Source: Chrysemys picta bellii (Eukaryota). Taken from it: a DNA stretch of 64,000 nt. Of the stretch, positions 47,501 through 59,500 are shown one piece after another. Every line of letters starts with the position of its first letter. The stretch's first letter is position 1. A model generated the notes under the pieces. The model did not search any database. It was given only the letters and a program-made list of their open reading frames with translations, and had not been told where the DNA came from. The position numbers and the translations under genes were made by a program. The DNA is taken from contig NC_088802.1 of assembly GCF_011386835.1 (NCBI RefSeq), forward strand, positions 44,392,001-44,456,000, in the 5' to 3' direction.

Positions 47501-50500
47501 GAAATATAAAACATAACTCTGAGGGCCTATTGTAATTATGTAAAGTGTGGGCCATTAAGGATGGTTTGGAATCTTGATGACTGCAGATGGCTGTATTTAC
47601 CTGTGAGTTTTCCTGTATATGTGTGTGCTGGCAAGTGAGTAATGAAGTCTTGCAGTGACATGTGATCATGTCACCTGAACTGGAATCCATCTTTAACCTG
47701 GTGCTTTTCCAGTGGGGGGGGGGGGGGGGGGGGTGGAAAGCCAGAGGGACAAAGGGTTCCCTCCTTATGCAAAAGATATATAAAGGGGTGGAAGAGAACA
47801 CAAAGGAGAGAGGAGGCATCATGAAGAATCCCCTAGCTATCACCTGAGCTGCAACAAGAGCTGTACCAGGGGAAAGAATTGTGCCCAGGCCTGGAAGGTG
47901 TCCAGTCTGAGAAAAACTTACTGAAACATCTCTGAGGGTGAGATTATCTGTATTTAGTTTGATTAGACATAGATTTGCGCATTTTATTTTATTTTGCTTT
48001 GTGACTTACTTTGTTCTGACTGTTACTACTTTGAACCACTTAAATCCTACTGTCTGTATTTAATAAAATCACTTTTTATTTGGTAATTTACTCAGAGTAT
48101 GTATTAATACCTGAGGGAGCAAACAACTGTGCATATCTCTCTATCAGTGTTATAGAGGGCGAACAATTTATGAGTTTGCCCTGCATAAGCTTTATACCGG
48201 GTAAAACGGATTTATCTGGGTTTAGAGTTGGGCATCTGAGTGCTAAAGACAAGCACACTTCTGGGAGCTGTTTTCAGGTAAACTTGCAGCTTTGGGACAA
48301 GTGATTCAGACCCTGGGTCTGTCTGGAGCCAGACGGAAGTGTCTGGCTCAGCAAGACAGGGTGCTGGAGTCCTGAGCTGGCAGGGAAAACAGAAGCGGGA
48401 GTAGTCTTTGCACATCAGGTGGCAGCTCCCAAGGAGGTTTCTGTGATCCAACCCGTCACACTGCGGTCTGTCAACTCCTATGTCCTGCCCTGACAAAGGC
48501 CGGGGGAAGGTGATCGGAGCACTTCCTGCCAAAACTGGTGCCTTTCTTTTCACCTCTTCCCTGTGGAAATGTTCTTTCAGGCTGCGTGGTGCACTCACCA
48601 TTGGCCAGAGGGTGTAGAGACTGAGTGTGTAATTTCAGTGTGGCATTAGTGATAATCAATGCTTTGCAAGTTGGTTCCTTCCATCCTATAATCTCAAAGC
48701 ATGTCCTAAGCTCTTTGTGATCCATACAGCCCCCTAAGAGGTAGGCAAGTAGTATCGTTCCCATTTTACAGATGTGAAAAACGACACTTCTGAGATCACA
48801 AAGCAATTTGTGGGTCGGGGCAATGCTGGGAACAGAACCCTGACTTTCTGGCTGTCAATCTTCAGCCCCGAGGTTGTCCTTCCTATTCAATACATGTATA
48901 GTGTTTTTACTTCTTCAAATGTCAACCAGTCCATCCCCAAACATGCCGATGAGGTAGGTGACTAAGTACTGTCCCAATTTCCGAGATGGAAAAACTAGAC
49001 TGTCTAGTTCAGGGCCACACAGTAACTTGGTATCAGAGCCAGGATTAGGTCTCAGGAGTTGCTAGTCTCCAGTCCCATACTCAGTCTTTAAACTGTTCGG
49101 GGAGATTTTGGCAAACCAGTAAAGTGCCTAAACCACGGTCGCTTGTTGCTAACAGTAGTCAAGTTAGCAGGCCATACTGAACCATTCTTGCTTATTTCTC
49201 CAAGCAGCCAAATCAGCAGGTTGTAAATTGGTCATGCAGCGGCCTCAGTGTAACCAGACAGAAGGGGGTGGGTTTTGGCAACATGCACTCTTCAGCCCTG
49301 ATCCTGTGAGGTGCTGAGCCTCAACTCCCAGTGTCTTCAACGGAGTTGCGGGCGCTCAGCAGGGGACTCTTGTATAACCTGTTAAGCAGTGGCTGCCTGA
49401 TCACGCCAGTCTCTCCTTTCCATCTAAATCTCTGCTAGTGAATGCCGTGCTTAGGCAAGAAGCTGGCACTCCCAGAACAGCTGAGGTCAAGAAGAAAAGG
49501 AAGCCGTTACCCGTTAGGATCAAGTTCTGCTCCCACTAAAGCCCATGATCACTTTGCCCTTTACCACAGGGGTGGGACTAAGGTTTGGTTTTTGAGACTA
49601 AAGTCCTGTATCAACTGAACACCTCAGTGCAAGCTTCTCTACACTGCCTCCCCGTGTTCCTCCAGCCTGGCCTGGAGGGACCTCTGCTAAAGTGAGTGTG
49701 GGCCATACAAGTGCCTAGATGGATGGAGTTCAATCCATTCAGTGCGTAATAATAGTGCTAATGCTAAGACCACTCTGCTCCTAGCAGCTGGACTATTTAC
49801 TTGAGGCTGCAGAGCGGGGGTCCGGGGATAAAGACTTTTGAGCAGCCACTGACCTGCTCTTTAGTTGAAGCAGTGGTCTAGCCATGAAATATTGTAGCAG
49901 TTTCTCCTGTTTATCTGAAGAGGGGCACCCTGGTTTCCTTGGCTGAGGGAGAATTTTGCTAGGAAATAAAAGCTCCCTATAAAACCGCCTCTCTCCTGCA
50001 GCTCACTTTGTTTTTCTCTCACTCCGAGTTTATTTACATGCCCTGCCTCGCAGTTTCCAAACAATAAAAGTTAATACTAACGTTGGCCTGTCTTTATCTA
50101 CTCCCATTTGCTCCCTTCTCTCTCACACTCCCTCACACCTGCCATGCTCCCCTCATTATGGCCCGGGCGTAAAAGTCAGCTGTACTGAGTAATATGAGCA
50201 TATCAGAAGCCAGAACTTGCCCCTCTATGTTTTAGGATAGAAATGGGCTGGGGGGACGTGTTTTTCTTTTTTTCCAGAGGCAGGAGAATACGTCTGTGCC
50301 AGTCAAAGACAAATACTGGGCAGAATATTGCTTTTGCAATGCCCCACGATTCGAATGATGGAAATCTGAGCTCTGTCTGATCTATTTTCCTCTAGAAGAA
50401 GTCGTCTCATTAAAGACATTAGTCTCCTTACGTTTTACAAGGAATCTGTACATGCGCCCCGCAGTCCCATAAGCTGATGAACCCAATGGCTATTTATTAA

Positions 50501-53500
50501 CCCCTTCTCTCCTGATTTTTCTTTCATTCAGGAACAGGGTGGGCCAGGATTGGGTAGGTGGCGTGGGAGGCAAAGCAGGAGATGGGAAAGGAGGAACGGA
50601 GCAATCAGGCTACCTGGGGTGGCCAAGTGAAGATCACAAGCCCTGTGCAGCTGGGCTGGCCAGCCCAGAAGAACTGCGGTGGTTGTGTGCTGGTCAGTGG
50701 TGGCTTGGGAAGAAGGGCTGCGGAGTTGGCTCAAAGGACCTGTCAGGGTTACAGCTTGACGGTGGCGTTGTAACCCTTTGATCAGATAAGGTGTTCTGAT
50801 CGTCAGTGGTGTGTACTACACCGGAAGGGTGAAAATAATCGCAAGAACTTCTTGTTTCACTGCTTTGGCCCTGTTGCCCTCCCCCTCTCCAAGAACCATT
50901 TCCTCTCTTCTTCGGTATCAAGTTCAACTCCTCATTCTCCCCTTTAGTGCTCTCTGCGGCCTGCTACTGCTTAGGTTCTTGTTTCCTCCTACAACTGGGC
51001 CTCCCATCCTATATTCCTCTTCCACGCCCTCCTGTTCCCCTGCTTTCAATTTCATGCTACCCCATACGCTTGCAGCAGCATTCCTCTCTGCCTTTACAGC
51101 CAGCTGCTTTGTCTCTGCCTTCCCTCCTGATCTTTCTGCTGAGAAGATCAGCAACTCCTGCTCTTCCTTGTTACTGGCTCCAAGACTAGACGCCCTTTAG
51201 GGCCTGAACTCTTCTCCCTGAGCTTGTCCGCATCTGTGGTGTTATATACACAGATCATAATGTGAGATTGCCACTTTATTGTGGCCTCACTTTGTTTGAT
51301 CTTCCCCCACAAAGTTTTTAATCTGCCTAATTAAAACCTTCTGTCCTTTGAATCCCCTTGAGAGACAGATGCTATGTCTTTATCTGGCTTTATTTTAACC
51401 CTCTTTGTCTCTCTTTTATCTGCTTTTACTCCTTATATTTAATCCAACATGAGGGATTTTCCTACAAACTCTTGGTTTTTGTTCCAGAACTTCAGGGCAA
51501 TTTCCACCTTTTCATTTCCCAGGCAACTCAGTAGTGATTCATCTTCTCTCTGCTTCGCACAGGAGAAGGCAGAGGCCATTAGCTGTCCAAAGCGCACAGC
51601 GGTGTTTCAAGAGAGGTTGCGTATCAAACGAAATATCTGCAGCGCAAAGAACATTAGGGCTGGGCCAATGGGTTAGGACTAGCACAGCGTCCTGCCCTGG
51701 GGGAAACCACCCTTTGGATTTCAAGCTCTAAGCAAGCAGAGCTAGGCACATTTTGGCTGGAAGTGGATCATCCTCTAGAGCTGGGATGGGTTAAGTAAGG
51801 GAGGCTCGCTGCCGGGAGGTCCCTCCTAGGCCTATTGCTACATTTTTCAAGAGTGGCCTCTTAATTTTTGGATGCTTCTGTCTTTGTACTTGAGACACCA
51901 AGGAGCTGATTTTCAGTGGTGCTGAGTGCTCCCAGCTCCCGTCGGTTCAGCTGGAGTTGTGCATGCACACTGATGGATGTACCCAGGCTAGCTAGCTCCA
52001 ATAACAGTAGCAGTGAAGCTGTGGGAGCAGGGGCTGCACACGCTTGCCTGGGACCCTGGGTATGTATTAATAGCAGCAGCAAGAACTAGATGCTTGGTTT
52101 GAGCTAGTGAAGTCAGAGCTAGCTTGCATATGTCCCTGCGTGCCGTGGTCACACCTCAGATGGCAGATTAGATATCCCTCACCTCTGAAAATCAGGCTCT
52201 GTAAAGATGGGCAGTCAGAAATGGAGGCAACATAAAACCCGCTTTTGCTTTGGGCTGAAGGAGCTGCATTGATTGGCTCTGTGGGAAACTGGTCCAGGGG
52301 TTTTTACTAGAGGGACGTTTGCTGTAACAGGGACCTAGCAAGCAAGGAGGAACTTGAGGATAGGGTATGTGTCCATCTTAGACACTTTTATAGCACCAAT
52401 TGCTGTAATATCCAGGTACTTTTTTGGTAGGCTAGAGAGGACACCATCTACCGTGATGTTTACTTGTAAGGGGATGGGGAGAAGAATCTTTCCCCTGTAA
52501 CTCTGACCCATCCCTCTCCCCTCTGTCTCTGGAGGGTGGAAAGTATCTTTATTGCCTCAAAAACTATCCAGAGACCGGTTCCAAGCTCCTGCTGGCCCAC
52601 CTGGGCACCCGCATTCCTTGTGTACATACAGTGCACAGCTGGCTTTCAAAACTCTTGTTCTGCATTGACTGTGACAGATTGCAGGGACACTGCCTTCTCC
52701 CGGGCGAACGTGCCCTCCTCTTCCACAGGTGCTCAGAGGAAGGACTAAAACTTAGCTGCTTGAGAGACAGGCAGTGGAGCTTGTATATCCTGACTAGGAG
52801 GAGGAGTTTTCTGTGACTCTTTAGCCTAGGTTAACTTGGGTTAATTCAGGCTATGAACATTGTCAGACCCTCAGCTGGTGTAAATCAGTACAGCTCTGTT
52901 CGCTGGAATGGAATTACTCCCCTGTGCATTAGCTGACGAGTTGGTGTGTTATCTCTTGAGGAAAACTGCTTGTGCCTGAGTTATAAATTAAATTAATGGA
53001 GATATCCCATCTCTTAGAACTGGAAGGGACCTTGAAAGGTCATCGAGTCCAGCCCCCTGCCTTCACTAGCAGGGCCAAGTACTGATTTTGCCCCAGTTCC
53101 CTAAGTGGCCCCCTCAAGGATTGAACTCACAACCCTGGGTTTAGCAGGCCAATGCTCAAACCACTGAGCTATCCCTCCCCCCCATGCTGAGGTTGCGTCA
53201 GCTTGCCAACTTATGCTGGTGTCTTGGTTTCAAATGTCTGGGGAATTTAACCTCTCAGACTGCTTGTTTTAAAGGTTTCCTTGTTTGCCAGGAAAGATTG
53301 AAAATGTAACTCTGTTCTGATGCTTTCTCTCTCTCTCCCCGCCCCCCCCCCCTTCTTGCACACACAGTTAGCAGCCTCTCTACCTTCTCTTTCCTTCTGC
53401 TCACTCAGGTACTTCATTCTTTCAGGTAGACTGGAGAGCAAAGATACTTGTCTGCACTCTGGTAAATGAGGCTGAGATGCTGAACACCCACTATCCCAGA

Positions 53501-56500
53501 TAAAGTTAGGGGGTGAAGAGAGGCTCAGCAGCTCTGAAAATCAGGCCCTATGTGGCAAATGCATAAGGGAGTGATCTGAAGCCTGGTAGAAATATTCACA
53601 CGAGAGGTTAGTGTCCTCATTCCTCCCTCCTGCCCAGAGTAACGCGTGGGAAGGTCAGCACGCGGCTCTCTGATGCTCGCATTCCAGGGATCTGAAAGCA
53701 CAAGATGAACCTGCCATACAAGACTTGTAATGTCTTTCTAGCCAAATACAATGCAAGGGTTTTTTTCTGCTGGTACCAGACTGGCAGGGATGGCTGAGAG
53801 GACACATGGAAAAGGATGGTCCAATGGTTAGGATGCCCACCTGGAACTTGAGTTCAGATCTTTGCTATGCCACAGACTGCTTGTGTGATCTTGGGCAAGT
53901 CACTTAGCCTCCCTGGGCCTCAGTTTCCCATCTGTAAAATGGGAATAGTGTCACAAAACAGGGCCACTGCACCTGTATTCCCCCTCTATGGTCCACCTAG
54001 GGCACTCATGCTCAGGCTTCTGGCTCTGTGCCATCACCTCTCAGGCGGAGACACACGCCTCTCTCCCTCCAGACCAGGGTTTTTCCAGGCTGCACAGTCC
54101 CCTGCCTACCCTGTGAATTCCCCAGCAAGTCAGACTGCCTCAGCAGGTCTGCTTTGCCTTCTCCTCGGAGGCTATAAACAGCATCATTGCCCACTGTATA
54201 AGTTACCACGCAGCCCTTTCTAAGCAAGTGCATCGATTGTTAAGGTGAAAACAGCACATAGAAAACATTACAAACAATGAAAGAACCCGCACACGTTCTG
54301 ATAAGCTGAGAAGAGATCACCCCAACCCCAACAAGGGTTCTGGCAGGTGACCAGTCTTTCAGACCCCACCAGGGTTTTTTTCCTGTGGTCACAAGTTCAT
54401 AACAGCTGTTAGCTCAGAACAAGTGCCCCCAGGAATAGGTCAAGTCCTTCCAACCTGTCCCAGAAAGGATTGGACAGAAGATGCTGTCTGTTTGCTGGAT
54501 CCAGAAGCAGGCCTGGAGTCAGTTTAAACGTAGCTTATTGTTCCAAGAATCCTTTCGTTGTCCGGTGGTCTCTAGAGAATCCGGTTTGAATCAGTATATG
54601 TGAACCTCTCCGGGTGGTGGGACCTCTTGCAGGTGTTACAATCTGAGTGAATTTGCCTAATCACCTCCCACTGCACACACTGTTCTTAGTTCCTGGAGCG
54701 GCTATGGTGCCCCTCCCCCAGGGAAGTACATACAATCCCTGACCCACAACGATACATACACTTAATTCAATAATTTGCCATGTCTGTCACACACAGCACT
54801 TCCCTACCTCACAAAGAGGTTGGGAGGACAAACACATTAGAGTGTGAGGATCTCAGATACTATGTTAATGAGGGCTATATAAGTACCATAGATAGATGGT
54901 TGTGGTCCAGCGCTCTAGTAGCCCTGTTGTACTATATGTAACACCAACAGACCCCAGTCGTCGGTGGGATCGATCCTCAGGCCTCTGGAGCTCAGTGCAT
55001 GAGTCTTTACTGCATGAGCTAAAAGCCAACTGGCAGTTAGCTAAGGCTGTAGAACAGACTCATTAATCTCTCTCTAAGTGGTCTCGGTGCCACTAGATAG
55101 GACAGAACACCACACCTAGCAGGTGTGTGGGCTACATATCTCCAAAAATACTCTAGTGACTAGCCCTCTGTCTTGTTGGGATTGAGAGTCCCATGACCTG
55201 TAATCCTTTGTATCTACATTATAGTGCAGTGAAGCCAATGTGAGTATAAGATGGCCCCAAAAGAAGGAAAGTATCAGGGGGTAGCCATGTTAGTCTGTAT
55301 CCCCAGAAACAACGAGGAGTCCGGTGGCACCTTAAAGACTAACAGGTTTATTTGGGCATAAGCTTTTGTGGGTAAAAAACCTCACTTCTTTAGATGCAAA
55401 AAGAAGGAAGGACAGTAGCCTAGGGAGTGCTGCGTGAGTTGAGTATCACAAGGGAGACCTTACTGGCAGGGCCGGCTCTGGCTTTCTGGCCGCCCGAAGC
55501 GAAAAAAAGACAAAAACTGCGGCGGCCAGAACAGCAAAGCAAACAAAAAAAAAAACCTGCGGCGCGGCCGGAGTCAGGGTGCAGGGGGACTCCCTGCCCT
55601 GCAGATGTGCCCCGGCTAGCGGAGGGAGCGGGGGGAGAGAGAGAAGGGGGGGCGGCCAGGGCTTCAGCGGGGTGCTGCCACGTGGCCCCTCCCATCGTGC
55701 CCCCAGCGTTGGCTGGGAGGGAAGGACGCGGGCTGCTCTGCCGGGCTTGCTTCAGGGCGCTCCCATCCTCCGCGCCGCTGCCCCCTACAGGGCGGCCAGA
55801 GCGGAACAACAACAAAAACCGCCAAGCCGCCCTAGGATTGGGCGGAATGCCGCCTCCTACAAGCTGCCGCCCAAGCACCAGCTTGCTCGGCTGGTGCCTG
55901 GAGCCGGCCCTGCTTACTGGTGACTGTCTGTCTCCCAGCTGTTGCTGATCCTCGTCTTTTCTTTTACAGTGCCCTGCACATAAATGTGGCCCCCGTCACA
56001 CAGATCGCAACCAACAGCTACATCCAAGGGGCCACCGCTATTCCACTGCTCACCAAAACTGTGGGTCAGTGCCTGGAGGAGACAGCCCATCGGTTTCCAG
56101 ACCGCGAGGCCCTAGTGTTCTGTCGAGATGGGGTTCGGAAAACGTTTGCCCAATTCGTACAAGAAGTGAGTGGCTGACTTGCCGGGTACAGAGTCCAGTC
56201 CTTTAGCTCCCCACCCTTGAGAATTTGCAATGCAGCTGAATCACAGTATGAGTGGGTGGCTTGATCAATCGATTGGAGAAATGGAAAAAAGTGATTTCGT
56301 CCCTGGATTGAAAACAGAGGTTGGGCTTGTTTGGTTTGGATTCTGATCCTGGCTCTGAATACATAGCAAAGCTGCATGCTGATTTATCATCTGATGTTGT
56401 GTGATAAGGTGGGTGGGTGCATACTTGCCCTGTCTTCATGGGCTGCTCTGTAAGGCCTGAGAGCAAAGGGACAGGGTAGTGCGCAGAGGAAGTACTCATG

Positions 56501-59500
56501 CGTAATGCAGTAAATGCACGTCCTAGCTTGCATTACTGCACTTAGGAAGTGGTTCTCTCTCTATCTGATTTATCTTGGGGCAAGTCCTGAAGTCTAATCC
56601 AAATCCCATTGGCATCAGTGTAACTTGATTTTCAGAGGTACTAAGCACCTGTAGCTGCCTAGTCATTCCGCAAGTAAAACTCTCATTAAAATCAGTCAGA
56701 GTTTTGCCTGAGTAAAGACTGCAGGACTTGGCCCTGTTTATAATAATAAGTATGAATTGGCATTCTGAATTTGCATACAATATTCCATCTGTAAATGGGA
56801 GGGAAAGGGAATTTCCACTAGATTTGCCCTATGATCCTAGCTGTGATGGATGGCCTTGATAATCTAAGGTGTTCACGTATTGCTTTTTGTAGATTTGCTA
56901 GAGTTTTGTTAATTTACAAGAATAAACTCTATTTGCAGAACTCGCTAATTTTTAAAATATTTTCTGACTTGCCTGGAAAATACTCATTTCTTAAACCTAC
57001 AAAGAGATTTTATAAGCAGTTATATGGACTGAAATCTAGTTAATCTGGAAACACTAGAAGGAGAGAATGTCAGAAAGTTAATGAAAAGTTACTGAGGACG
57101 TTGGACTGTGTATGTCCAACCCCACCTGAAATGCATTTGCCATTATGCAAGATAAAAGAGGATCTTAATATAATGCCTAGGTTTTGACTCATGTGGATAG
57201 GGTTCAAAAATGAGACGGCTCAGACTTCTCATTAAATTGCGTTCTTCATCCAAATGATTTGAGAAGTAAGCAATAAGGCCCGTATGATTAAAATTCACCC
57301 TGTACATGGATCCAGCAGCACCATATAAGTCCTATTTTGAGGGCCTATGTAGGAGTTAAAGGGTGCATAGGCCTTGACTGCACAGGAATGACGTTGCCTA
57401 TACATGCCTGATATACCAGAATCCCAGCTGCCTTTGTACGCACGGTCTGAGTTTGCGCCTCTCCTGCCATCAGTCACTGGATAAGTGGGGGGGATCTGTT
57501 CTTTGTAAGTCCGCTAGGCACTGCTGTTTATAGAACGAACAGCGCCAAGCAATAAGCTGTCGGGCTGTGCAGTAGTGCTGCATAACGCTTGATTTCCGTA
57601 TCCTTAACTGGGGGCTAAAATGAAGCTCAGCTGCCTTCAAGTTAGCACGTGAGAGACTGAATTGCCTTGATGTGCCCTGCGAGGTGACCTGTCTCCCTAT
57701 CTGGCGTCGTATGTGTTTTGCAGGTGGACCAGGCAGCAGCTGGACTTCTGGCTATTGGCCTGAAGAAGGGAGACCGGCTGGGCATGTGGGGCCCCAACAA
57801 GTATGAGTGGGTTCTAATGCAATTTGCAACAGCCCAGGCAGGAATCATCCTGGTAAGGAGACTTGTCTGTCTGGGCGCCTGGGTTTTTTAGGGCGAGGAG
57901 GAGACAAAGGGGAAGCCTGGAGATCTTGAAGAAGTTGAATAATGTGCTGGGTAAGGGAACTGAAGTGAAGAGTGGGAGCAGATGTCATGCAAGGTCCGTG
58001 CAGTCATCATTAGTCTGACCCTCCGTTACCCAGAGAGCAAAACGCCAAGCTGATGAGAGGGCAGTGGGAGACCAGCCTTCCCTGGGACATAATTTACAAC
58101 TATTGATGGCATGAGGGAATGTATAGGGGGGCTACATATTTTTATATATTGTGCCCCCAAAGAACCAACCCTTAAAGTCCTCCTTAATACTTTCCATGGT
58201 GCCTCTGGATGAAAATCCTTTGCAGAAAGTGACCATTTAAAAATATATATACTAAGCTGTCTGCTCCCTTGAGATTCAGCCATCACCTGATAGTACCATT
58301 AGGGCTTTGTCTTGTTTACATCATAAGGTCCTTGGGGCAAGGCCTGCAGTGTGTCTTCCTGGAAGTTTTGTACAGCATCACCCGCTGTGGTGTCACTCAA
58401 CAGATATAAAGTTAGAAAGGGGAAATAGATGGGTTTAGCTTAGTGGGCTACCAAAAGTCTAAATTTGGTGGCTCAGCTCAGCGTTGGTGGCCAAAACTCT
58501 TCTATGGTGTGCTATGTGCGATAGTGAAGTTTTCACTCTTCGTGTTACCCAGAAAGGATTCTGATTGTCCCTAGAAATGTGAATTACTATGGTGTAGTGG
58601 GCTGAGCACGGGCTAGGAATCAGGGGGCCTGGATTTTATTTCCAGTTTTGCTATTGACTTGTCATTTGACCTTGTGCAAGTCATTTTACTTCCAGGCCCT
58701 ATATGTAAAAATGGGTTTCCCGGGTTAACATGAAATTTAGGTTGTTATCCTAATCCTGGTTGTCCTATACAAGGAAGAAGCTGCAAGTGTGTTTTCATTG
58801 AGGTTTTTTTTTCTTCCAAAGCACCTTTTTCTTCGAGTAAATAGTTAGAAGATGGGGTCTTTGAGGCTTTTTCAGAGCCTTGATTAATTCTCCTGTCTCT
58901 TCCCCATTCTAGGTGTCTGTGAACCCTGCATATCAGGCCCAGGAGCTGGAGTTTGTGATCAAGAAGGTACTGTAGGCCACTTACGGGTAACGCCATTTGA
59001 TTCTGCCCACAAACACTTTGAAACATGGAGATGTTAAAGGCAGAGGGTAACCATGGGAACTGCACCGGCAAAAGAACTTCTGATCACGGAGGGCACTTGG
59101 GAAATGCAGGCAGCAGAAAAACGGCTTTCTGGGGCAGCCTGTGTGAACAGGGCTGGTGGGGGCCACGTGGCCACGTATGCAGGGGGCCCACAGTACAGCA
59201 ATTGGCCCTATGGAGTGTGAATGCCTAGAAGTAAATCTCCTCCATTATCATAAAGAGACTCCTGCGTCCCCTCTCCTCTGTCTCCAGCTGTCAGTTCTAG
59301 ACTAGGTGCTGAGGAAACCACTCAGGTGCCGAGGGTCCAGCATAGGATCGGTTCTACTCACCTTGGACAGCAGAGCATTGGGAGCTACAGATCATTCAGA
59401 AGCTGTGTGCTGGGGTGACTTCAGGCTGACCGGGCAGCAGTCCTCCGAAAGCCAGTTCTAATTCAGGAGCTAACACCACCAGTCTGCGCTCTTGGGCTGC

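Noticed and set aside
49978-50010. TATAAAA followed by an Inr-like TCACTTT in ACSF2 intron 1
   Set aside because: Short motifs with slightly short spacing (27 nt) and no linked exon; expected by chance in 64 kb.
53105-53180. tRNA-like sequence with A and B boxes on the minus strand
   Set aside because: It is the head of a polIII/SINE followed by a CR1-type tail, not a functional tRNA gene.
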